From contig UYFQ01000298.1 of assembly GCA_900617105.1 (NCBI GenBank), positions 1-33,819 on the forward strand: a stretch of 33,819 nt of DNA. The letters run 5' to 3'. The notes beneath the pieces were generated by a model that was given only the letters and a program-made list of their open reading frames with translations, was not told the origin of the DNA and made no database searches. Positions within the stretch are counted from its first letter, which is position 1. Every line of letters starts with the position of its first letter. Below are positions 1 to 10,231 of the stretch, in pieces. The position numbers and the translations under genes were made by a program. Source of the stretch: Hydrurus foetidus (taxonomy: Eukaryota).

Positions 1-1832
1 TGAGCACCAACTCATTCGTTGACACAAAGATTGCTATATCTCGTTGTCCATTAATGCACTTCATTGATGACAATAAGCTAGACATCCGTTTGTATACAGA
101 CGTGTCCGACTTTGGTATCGGTGTTGTCTTATTCCAAGTTGTTGTTGCCATTTGGCAACCAATTGTTTTCATTAGCAAATCGTTGAAACCCACACAAATA
201 AAGTGGTCTACGATACAAAAGGAGGATTATGCCATCTTCTTTTGTTATACACAACTCGATTACCTAACCAGAGATCGTACATTCACAACCTATACTGATC
301 ATTTGAATATACGATAATATATAGCGAAACAAAACGCCCTGTCGGTGGCGAGATGGTTCATTGCTATGCAATAACTAGATTTTACCGTGGTACTCGTACC
401 CGGGACTTCGAATGTTTTGGCAGACGCACTGTCGAGGCTTTGTCCCACTTGATGAGATTGCTCTGCTATTACGAACAGAAGAATTGGAATTACTTCCTAC
501 TTCATCATCTTCTTTCACTGTATCAGCTCTGACGGTCATAGAACCAGCTTCAGACGATCAGTTAGAATACATTCAATTGCCACAATGCAATAATCGGTCA
601 CAACGGCGTAGACCGTACCCTTACTCGGTTGTTTAGTTTACAACAAGTATGGAAACACATGAAACAACATGTACGTACGTTCATACAGAACTGTCCGTGT
701 TGTCAAAAGTTGAGCGCAAAAGATCCTAAGATCAATGCGTCTCACTTTGTAACTTCAAATTATGCTATCTTCGATACGCTAAATGTTGACTTTATTGGTC
801 CATTTCCTGACAAAGGTTATATCCTAGTCATCATCGATACATTCACACGATGGACAGAATTGTTCTGGTGTGCAGACGCAGATGCTAAATCAGCAGCCGA
901 CTGTTTGCTTGCGCATTTGGTCGATTTGGATCACCAAAAATGATTAGATCTGATCGAGGATCACATTTCGCAAATGATTTGATCAAAGATTTATTAGATC
1001 TTTGTGGTACGCCAAATAATTTAACCCTCGCATACTCAAAACAAGAGAATGCAATTGTTGGAGGAGTCAACAAAGAGGTGAATAAACACTTAAGAGGTTT
1101 AGCTTTTGATAAATAAACCCTTGAGGGATATGCTTAATCAATCCCATTCGTGCAACGAATCATTAACGGTTCCGTTAATAGACGCACAGGTGTCCGCCCC
1201 GCTCATTTACTGTTCAGGAACAAACTTGATTTGAATCGCGGTATTCTCACTCCACACTTAAATGTTGGAACACATTCAAGATAAACGTACATATCAGATT
1301 TGATAAGTGTACAATACAAAGTACTTGAAACTGCGGTTCAAACTTTGTTAACGGCGGATGCTAAAAATGCCGCGTCAGCTGAATCAACGACTGTGTTCCC
1401 CGTGGGGTCATATGTCTTATGCCGATACACCGATCGACCTCCAACTCGATTACATACCAAGTGGCATGGCCCTTACTGTATTGTCTCCTTAAGGTCCGGA
1501 GGGTGTTGGAGCTAACCTTGTTAACCACAAGACACGAAGTGTTCATGTCAAAAAATTTGAAATATTCAATTATGACCCAAAGGTAGAGTACCTGCTGACT
1601 CTGCTCGTCGCGATTACATGAGTTCGTGGTTGAGAAAGTTCTGGGCCACGCTGGTGACACTAAGAAACCGACTAGCTGGGCCGTCGTTCCATGTTTAATG
1701 GCTCAACTACGATGACCTTCATAATACATGGGAGCTGTGGAAATCACTACGGTTCTGTGAAGCACTCCATGATTATTTACGGATAACAAAATGAAACATT
1801 TCATCCCCAGAAACATTGAGACATCAGCCTAA
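1..1832 (+). pseudogene. pol: Ty3/Gypsy (chromovirus-like) pol 3' part, family A copy 1: RNase H, integrase, chromodomain; many stops and frameshifts
   Basis: RNase H motifs (LYTDVSDFGIG, WSTIQKE, YTDHLN), integrase zinc finger CPCCQ, core TLNVDFIGP...IIDTFTRW, GPY motif (WHGPY), chromodomain-like tail (WLNYDD..NTWE.W). Collinear with the minus-strand copy at 29383-31200. Confidence 0.95.
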
Positions 1833-2168
1833 GTTGCTGATGTCGAACGTATTACTATTCGAAGATTTTTCCTAATTTTTCCTCTATGAGGTTTTCATGG
1901 TTTTGAAGGCCGCAAAAAATCGCGACACTATTATCGAGGTCTTCGTGCGGTGCGCGCATACGGTACTTGCACCCACCTTGTCACCTTGACTGACCCACCA
2001 CCCAGTCTATTTGTATAGATTTTATTTTTTTATTTTTATTTTACATTTTTAATGTATTATAAGATTTACATATTGTAATCTTTTTCTTTATTATTCCTTT
2101 TGTTAGTTTTAGTTGTATTAGAACTTTTGTACAAAACGTGGTTGTCGCGTCATAGGTTCTTTTTCTTC

Positions 2169-2187
2169 AGAAAAAGATAAGTGGGGG
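2169..2187 (+). promoter_or_regulatory. Polypurine tract of Gypsy A copy 1
   Basis: AGAAAAAGATAAGTGGGGG ending 3 nt before the LTR start; near-identical tract at 29102-29121 on the minus strand. Confidence 0.85.
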
Positions 2188-2190
2188 TGA

Positions 2191-2397
2191 TGTGGTCGGA
2201 CCGGCTATACCGGGCCTACGGGCCGTACCGGACCTTGTCCCGATCCATCCGATCCTACCGCCTACTGTACACATACATCTCTAGCGCAGCTGCTAGCTAG
2301 CTCTAGCCTACTCGTAGAAGTTATCCTAGCTTCTAGCTTAGAGCCTGTAACTAACTAACACCTTTCCTCTATCGACCTACTTCCTATCTGGACTACA
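2191..2397 (+). mobile_element. 3' LTR of Gypsy A copy 1 (207 bp, TG...CA)
   Basis: TGTGGTCG...GGACTACA; homology with the reverse complement of 28891-29098 ends at this point. Confidence 0.9.
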
Positions 2398-2914
2398 GTA
2401 GCTAGATTTTTGTGCATGTTTAAGCAAGAATCAAGCGTTAGAAAAGTCTTACCTGCTGTCGCAGATACTCTGTATGGTTTGGAGATGGTGAAATCTCCTG
2501 TTTTCATGAGTCTTCGGGGTGCTTGATTTCTCTCGTGATGAAAATTTCCAAAGGTAGTAGTAGCGGCTATAGCTGCTATGATAGGCATCTTGAGGAACTG
2601 CTGATTCACTTTTCCAACTGGAGTGAAGCTGCATTTTCTACAGTGCTATGAGTTGAGAGGAGTATGATGGTTTGGAGTTTGGAGATGCGAGGGTAGGGGC
2701 GGAGAAAGAAAAGTACGGGATCCTCGGGAAAACGGTGAAAATAATAAAAACACCTTTGGCACGCCATACCTGGGACCTGGGACCTGGGACCGTATCTCCA
2801 CCCTCATCATGTAACGTACTTGGTACTACTATACTGTAGAATAAATGGCGTATTACATATAACTTATTATCTAACATCTACTGTAGAATATCAGAGAACT
2901 AGTGCCCTTTTTTA

Positions 2915-2949
2915 CTCAGTGAGACAATATCAGACATTGTCTCACTGAG
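2915..2949. repeat. Perfect 14-bp stem hairpin
   Basis: CTCAGTGAGACAAT / 7-nt loop / ATTGTCTCACTGAG. Confidence 0.8.
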
Positions 2950-3192
2950 GGCCATTGTTATCGAAACGAATATCCGACCCGAATATACATTATACACTCA
3001 AAGAAAAAACGCACCCGAATATGCATGTACACCTATATTCGTCTCCATTCGTTTGTGCTCGAATATAGACCCTCCAATATGGGCTTCGGATAATAGGGTC
3101 CGACTCGAATATACGATTTCGCAGAAATCCGAATATCGGATAATCGGATATTCCGATATTCGGATTTTGAGCTTTCGATTGTAATGGCCCTG
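2947..3192. mobile_element. MITE-like element (hAT-type ends), ~245 bp
   Basis: Imperfect TIRs AGGGCCATTgttATCGAAA and TTTCGATtgtAATGGCCCTG; many internal CGAATAT/ATATTCG motifs. No TSD found. Confidence 0.6.
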
Positions 3193-3569
3193 AATTAAAA
3201 ACACACAGTCGACCACGCTTTTACAAGACTTCCAATCTAATAATCACTCTTCCAATATAAAAATGTCTACTCTCTCTCTAACAATTTCTATTTACTCTTT
3301 TCAACAAACGTTACTCTTTTCATGGAAGTAAAGCTTTTGCATACTCTCACCTTCATATACCGGGAACAAGTTACGTTGCGATGTTATTTGTTTGTGTGCA
3401 GATGGGTGAGACAAGTAGGACTTATGTAGCCAATGAGATTTAGTATCCCATTCTTCCATTCATAACACTTATACATGAGGATGAAATGTCTGACGTACAT
3501 CCCTAATTGTGAAATTCGCCTAGCACTAATCTACAGTTACCAACCTCTCACTCGAAAGCCCTAAATCCG

Positions 3570-5435
3570 ACCCCAAACACCCAAACCCCAAACCCCAAAC
3601 CCCAAACCCCAAACCCCAAACCCCAAACCCCAAACCCCAAACCCCAAACCCCAAACCCCAAACCCCAAACCCCAAACCCCAAACCCCAAACCCCAAACCC
3701 CAAACCCCAAACCCCAAACCCCAAACCCCAAACCCCAAACCCCAAACCCCAAACCCCAAACCCCAAACACCAAACCCCAAACCCCAAACCCCAAACCCCA
3801 AACCCCAAACCCCAAACCCCAAACCCCAAACCCCAAACCCCAAACACCAAACACCAAACACCAAACACCAAACCCCAAACACCAAACCCCAAACCCAAAC
3901 CCCAAACCCCAAACCCAAACACCCAAACCCCAAACCCCAAACCCCAAACACCAAACCCCAAACACCAAACCCAAACCCCAAACCCCAAACCCCAAACCCC
4001 AAACACCAAACCCAAACACCAAACCCCAAACCCCAAACCCAAACCCCAAACACCAAACCCCAAACCCCAAACCCAAAACCCCAAACCCCAAACCCAAACC
4101 CCAAACCCTAAACCCCAAACCCCAAACCCCAAACCCCAAACCCCAAACCCCAAACCCCAAACCCCAAACCCCAAACCCCAAACCCCAAACCCCAAACCCC
4201 AAACCCCAAACCCCAAACCCCAAACCCCAAACACCAAACACCAAACCCAAACCCCAAACACCAAAACACCAAACACCAAACACCAAACACCAAACACCAA
4301 ACCCCAAACCCCAAACACCAAACACCAAACCCCAAACACCAAACCCCAAACCCCAAACCCCAAACCCCAAACCCAAACCCCAAACCCAAACCCCAAACCC
4401 AAACACCAAACCCAAAACCCAAACCCCAAACCCCAAACCCCAAACCCCAAACACCAAACCCCAAACCCCAAACCCAAAACCCAAACACCAAACCCCAAAA
4501 CCCAAACCCAAACCCCAAACCCCAAACCCCAAACCCCAAACCCCAAACACCCAAACCCAAAACCCCAAACCCCAAACCCCAAACCCCAAACCCCAAACCC
4601 CAAAACCCCAAACCCCAAACACCAAACCCCAAACCCCAAACCCAAACCCCAAACCCCAAACCCAAACCCCAAACCCCAAACCCAAACCCAAACCCAAACC
4701 CAAACCCAAACCCAAACCCCAAACCCCAAACACCAAACCCAAACCCAAACCCAAACCCCAAACCCCAAACACCAAACCCCAAACACCAAACCCCAAACCC
4801 CAAACACCAAACCCCAAACCCCAAACCCCAAACCCCAAACCCCAAACCCCAAACCCCAAACCCAAACCCCAAACACCAAACCCCAAACCCAAAACACCAA
4901 ACCCCAAACCCCAAACACCAAACACCAAACCCCAAACACCAAACACCAAACCCCAAACCCCAAACCCCAAACCCAAAACCCAAAACCCAAAGCCCAAAGC
5001 CCAAAACCCAAAGCCCAAAACCCAAAGCCCAAAACCCAAAACCCAAAACCCAAAGCCCAAAACACAAAACCCAAAGCCCAAAACCCAAAGCACCAAAACC
5101 CAAAGCCCAAAACCCAAAGCCCAAAACCCAAAACCCAAAGCCCAAAACCCAAAGCCCAAAACCCCAAACCCCAAACCCCAAACCCCAAACCCCAAAACCC
5201 CAAACCCAAACCCCAAACCCCAAACACCCAAACCCCAAACACCAAACACCAAACCCCAAACCCAAACCCCAAACACCAAACCCCAAACCCCAAACCCCAA
5301 ACCCCAAACCCCAAACCCCAAACCCCAAACCCAAACCCCAAACCCCAAACCCCAAACCCCAAACCCCAAACCCCAAACCCCAAACCCCAAACCCCAAACC
5401 CCAAACCCCAAACCCCAAACCCCAAACCCCAAACC
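3570..5435 (+). repeat. Internal telomere-type array (AAACCCC)n = (TTTGGGG)n, C-rich strand on +
   Basis: ~1.87 kb of 7-mer repeats; pure at both ends, with AAACACC, AAACCC, AAAACCC and AAAGCCC variants in the middle. Confidence 0.95.
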
Positions 5436-5617
5436 GCTCAAAGCTTACGGTTCGGGTTCGTCTGTGCAGCTAAAATTTGGAAGAACATCGGTCTATACTC
5501 CATAGACACCGACAGATTTCTACAACACCCATCACAAGGGTTTGGGAACTTCTCCGACTCTGGAAAGACAATGTGGTCGATGCGTTGTCGGTCTGTTGCT
5601 TATTTGCTGTAGGTAGC

Positions 5618-7941
5618 ATGACTTCTTTTCTGAGCGCTATCACCCAGCGGAAGAAAACCCCGGAACAGCTCGTTATCTCTGCGAAACTGTCCGTGAACTC
5701 ATATCTAGATGGTGACAACACAGCAGAGGAGAATTTAGCTAAGAGGTTAGTCCAAATTAAATTGATATTGTATGGGGATGGAGATCATCCTGAGGTCGAT
5801 GAAGAGAAGGCGCTCGAAGTTGGGAGAAGTGTGCAATCGGTAAGAATTCTCTCAGGTTTGTCTGTTAGATTATTTTCTGAAGACGCCTCCATGATTATAC
5901 CATTATAAATTGGTCTGACTATTAGGAGCGTTTAATCATTGTGATCGTCGAAAACATTGAGTCCATTCCTTTTGAGATCAGGAAAGACTCTGCATTGATA
6001 TTCAACAATCTGATGAGAAAAAATGTTGCAAACTTTTCTGGTTACATGCTCGAGAATTTCGATATCGTGAAGCGGCTTATCGAGGGTTACGAGCATCCAG
6101 ATGCTGCTTTAAACTGTGGATCGATGATTAGGGAGTGCATTCGGCACAACAATCTGGCGAACGCTATCTTAAGCTCCGAATATTTGTGGAAGTTCTTCGA
6201 CTCCTACGTTCACTTTCCCAACTTCGAAGTGGCGTCTGACGCCTTCAACTCTCTTAGGGATCTACTAGTCACAGTTAAGAATAAGACTATATCGTCCGCG
6301 TTCTTAGAAACGCACTTCGAAGAGGTCTTCACGCACTACGAAGTGCTACTGAAGAAGGGTAACTATGTAACTAGAAGAAGAGCGCTCAAGCTCTTAGGAG
6401 AGCTTCTCTTAGACAGAAGCAACTTCAACGTCATGATAAAATTCATCGCATCTAGAGATCATCTAAAGGTGCAGCTCTTTCACCTGATTGATTTTTCCAT
6501 TCGTTATGTAAACAGAATAGCACAAAAGAGATAGGAGATATTCTTGTTTGAATTTGAAAGAGATAGGCCACAGCTATCAACACCTGTCATTTTTTTTGGG
6601 TCCGATTGCACCGCAGCATGAGCTGATCCTGCGTATTCTGATACTTTAATAAGGAATATTTGAAAAGTGCACACACCTCACTCAGAGACCACCTCTCTAT
6701 TTTCAATGAATTCAGACAATAATGAACTTTCTGCGCGACCCCTCCCCGAACATCCAATTCGAGTAAGTTCTCATATGATGTATACTATTTGAAAAGAAAG
6801 ATTTCTGTAATGAATGACATTGTGTAGATTTATTTTATCAGACTTGCCGACGAAATCAAGGCCATCTCATTCCGAATACACCTACTAACTTATATCATTA
6901 ATACTCCTCTTTTTTACTTAGGGCTTTTCACGTTTTCAAAGTTTTCGTTGCGAATCCTAAGAAACCTATAGAAATTTCAGACATTCTTTTTAAGAATAAA
7001 GCGAAACTCATTCCGTTTTTAGAATCATTTCAAACTGAGAAAGGAGACGAGCAGTTTAATGATGAAAAGAGTCTACTTGTGGAGTAAGTCCCATTGAGAT
7101 TTGTACTTCTGCTTGCATCAGTGACTGACGTATGTACCACTAGCTGATAGCAATATCGACTCGTTCACTTTCTGATGACTGACTGGTCTTCAAGGGACTG
7201 ACTGTCTGTCTGTCTGACTTACATACTTACTTACTTACTTACTAAATTAAGATTACCATCGATGCATGGACACACACACACAGCCAATTATGAAGGCGTG
7301 AGTCTGACTGACGGTCGAATTGCTGGAAGTCACTGCCCCCGTTATTTCCACTGATCTTAGACCACCACGATCATCACACCTAGCACTTACACACTGCAAT
7401 TCCCTGCACAAATGACAAGCGCACCCCTGCATATGCACTCACCGTACGAACGTTATTTCATTTATTCTGCAGCACCCTGAAGGCATTAGAGAAACCATCG
7501 ACTGGGAAATCGTCCCCCACTATGTCGAAACTAGCCGGTTCTTCTTCTAAATTAGCCGTGTCTTCCAGTCTGTGCAGCAGAGACATTCCCATGAGAGCCC
7601 ACATAAAATCCACACACACAGAGGAAATTCCATTAGTGATTAAAATGGATGGTATCGAGCTGGGGCTGTCGGAGGAGAAAGTGGAATCTAAGGTCCCGAG
7701 TCCGCCCTGTGACGTACGCATAGACTGTAATGGCGAAACTCAAAGTAGTGCAGGAGTCGCTAGATCGGAAGTCGATAGGCCCGTGTCTCAGTCTGAGACC
7801 GAGACTGAGACCGAGTCTCGCTCTGACTCTGCGATACAGCCGTCATCTGTGATCCCGCTATTGGGAGCACACTCCCTTACGGAATCTGACTCACAGTCCA
7901 CTCGAAGTCGCAATGAGGAGTCGGCAGGGATGGCCACCTGA
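5618..7941 (+). CDS. MO25: MO25/CAB39 (Hym1)-family scaffold protein, 5 exons: 5618-5839, 5926-6468, 6716-6762, 6922-7083, 7473-7941 (~480 aa)
   Basis: Family motifs [68 protein letters not shown]. All four introns are GT..AG with consistent phases; the spliced frame is open to TGA at 7939-7941. Confidence 0.95.
7196..7243. repeat. Compound tetranucleotide microsatellite (GACT/GTCT/TTAC) in MO25 intron 4
   Basis: gactgactgtctgtctgtctgacttacatacttacttactttactt. Confidence 0.6.
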
Positions 7942-8424
7942 CTTCACTTTACTTGAACTGACGTAACCCAGTTGAGCCGAATTGATTAGATCTGATTTGG
8001 CGGGACATGTCGACTATTAGAGTGATAGATGCTGTGCGTAGGTGACTCCAATAATGTATTAAATGAAGCGATTTATTAGTTGCCATATTACTTTTAACAT
8101 CACATTACATCTCAAATCCTCTACTATCTCTTTTTCTTCGTCTGAGTTGGATGGTTCCGCTGATGACGCTTCACCGCTTATAAACGCATAATTTTTCTGC
8201 AAACATAGAGCATCCCACTGGTCGCCCCCCCACATTGACTCCGTACACTTTATGATGCAATTTAAAAGTATCAGTCATGTCGACTTCAAAGTGAAAATAA
8301 TCAATGTTTACCACATGTACTGCAATACTGCAACGACTGACGGTTGAGGAGGTACCAAAGGCCCTGCTGGATACTGGGTCCATCAGGGAAACTTCAACAA
8401 GCGTAACATACGTACTCGTAAAAC

Positions 8425-9166
8425 CCAGTGCTGCCAACAATGTGGTGGGGTCGGAAATGTGGTGGGTTCTCTCAAAATGCCCCATTTTGAACCCCCATAA
8501 ATATATTTCTCAAAAACTGAATATTTTATTTGAGTAATTAGATGGCTGTGATTCCATTTCCAAAATCAAATTTATTTGGAACAAATTTTGAAATGCAGAT
8601 ATTCCCTTAGGAAATGTATCGCTGGTTTTTAACTTGATTCTGGCTGCATTCTCAAGGTAAGTTAGATATCTTATCGTGTCAGAAATAGTCGTATTAGTTG
8701 GGACCGGAAAAGATTTGACGTACAAAGGAACGATTCAAGAGATAAAACGTATTTAGAGACAATTTACAGTGTTTTCGTGGATTCTGGACCGTGAATTTAC
8801 GTCATTTTTAGGGGGAAATACTGTAAATTGACTCTAAATACGTTTTATCTCTTGAATCGTTCCGTTCTACGTCAAATCTTTTTCGCGTCCCCACTAATAC
8901 GACTATTTCTGACACGATAAGATATCTAACTTACCTTGAGAATGCAGCCAGAATCAAGTTAAAAACCAGCGATACATTTCCTAAGGGAATATCTGCATTT
9001 CAAAATTTGTTCCAAATAAATTTGATTTTGGAAATGGAATCACAGCCATCTAATTACTCAAATAAAATATTCAGTTTTTGAGAAATATATTTATGGGGGT
9101 TCAAAATGGGGCATTTTGAGAGAACCCACCACATTTCCGACCCCACCACATTGTTGGCAGCACTGG
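8425..9166. mobile_element. Foldback element FB1 (742 bp, ~350-bp inverted arms, 4-bp TSD AAAC)
   Basis: CCAGTGCTGCC...GGCAGCACTGG; near-perfect arms around a ~42-bp spacer (8775-8816); AAAC at 8421-8424 and 9167-9170. Confidence 0.9.
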
Positions 9167-9256
9167 AAACCGTAATACTGACACGCTTCAATTATTTTTT
9201 TTCCCAGCAATTGAAATGGAGGAACCTTCGGTCAAGAGGGTATAAAAGGAGAGGGG

Positions 9257-9474
9257 TGTGGCCTTGCTAGGTCTCAGGGCAACGGCAGCGGAGGTCTGCG
9301 GGCACGTGGACAAAGGGAAGATGCTGTGGGAGCTATTGCTATGGAAACGATGTGGTTAGCTTACAGGTAAACACAGCAGGTATCATGGCAATGAATCGTG
9401 TGGATCGGATCGTCCTCGATCCGAACCGGACGTACGCCTGTACCCGTACAGCCCGTACGGGTGTTCGGGTCACA
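9257..9474 (-). repeat. 3' LTR of Gypsy B (218 bp)
   Basis: Direct repeat of 20980-21196; preceded on the minus strand by the PPT GAGAGAGAGAGGGG (9478-9491). Confidence 0.92.
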
Positions 9475-9676
9475 GTGCCCCTCTCTCTCTCAAGGGGTGT
9501 AATAACTAACAAAATTCATCATCAAAATACTAACTATGAATAACTAACTAACTAATTGAATAACTATTTCAGACTAAGAACATAAAATTCCTTATTGAAT
9601 AAACCTCCCGAAAATCCTTGAGGATCAAGTTTAGGAGGAATCTTTATGATTTAGTAAATCAATTTGATTTTACCGG

Positions 9677-9978
9677 TTAACGGTAGTTCGCGATGAATTC
9701 GCGTGGTATCAAGTGTTTGAGATTCTTTTTGATTAAGAACTCATGTACTTTTTGCGATTTACGCATGTGTGTCCATGGTTCCCATGTATTGTGTTCATGA
9801 GTACAGTTGAGCCACTTTACATGAAATGTGAGCGATTTGTATGCTCTTATGTTTCCTTTCATGTCTAGGATATCTTCTATGAAGAATTCCAGATAATCTC
9901 TACAAGCAATGTCAGTTGGGTCGACATGTGTACGGTCAAAGTGAAACGGTTTTAGTTGGATCATGTGGTACAACTTTT
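9677..9978 (-). pseudogene. Gypsy B integrase C-terminus and chromodomain (separated from the core by the nested element)
   Basis: KLYHMIQLKPFHFD...FFIEDIL...FHVKWLN....NTWEPW aligns to the family A tail (FVVEKVL...FKVKWLNY....SWEQW). Confidence 0.9.
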
Positions 9979-10231
9979 TAGAGGATACCCGGAGCTCGCC
10001 GGAGGGTAGGATAGGTTCTCTGGACCGGAATTCCAAGTAACCGGGCATTCCCGTATAATCTCTAGTCTTCCATCCACATGATTTATTGTTGAGAGACGCA
10101 AGTCTCACTGCATAGCTACTTTAGATAGAAGCATCACATGTTTTGAAACCTGCGGTCTCGACTTGATTGCAGAGTTTTGTGCACTGCTCCTGCTTGCTAG
10201 TCATTGCAGCAGCGTAGCATGCTTTCATTTA
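9979..10231 (+). repeat. Split direct repeat A1 (253 bp)
   Basis: Matches 14756-15007 apart from one T indel and one substitution near the end. Confidence 0.95.

Noticed and set aside
2400..2880. Short minus-strand ORFs after the LTR
   Set aside because: No recognisable domain or consistent frame.
3526..5441. Long GFGVWGL ORFs (up to 626 aa)
   Set aside because: Translation artefacts of the stop-free TTTGGGG repeat.
8171..8424. Minus-strand ORF interrupted by FB1
   Set aside because: No recognisable motif; cannot be supported as a gene.
8426..9165. hAT MITE with CAGTG ends and 8-bp TSD
   Set aside because: No 8-bp duplication; including the outer C/G gives exact 4-bp TSDs in both foldbacks.
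9238..9256. Plus-strand PPT/TATA-like GGGTATAAAAGGAGAGGGG before the LTR
   Set aside because: The element is on the minus strand with its PPT at 9478-9491; this is flanking DNA.
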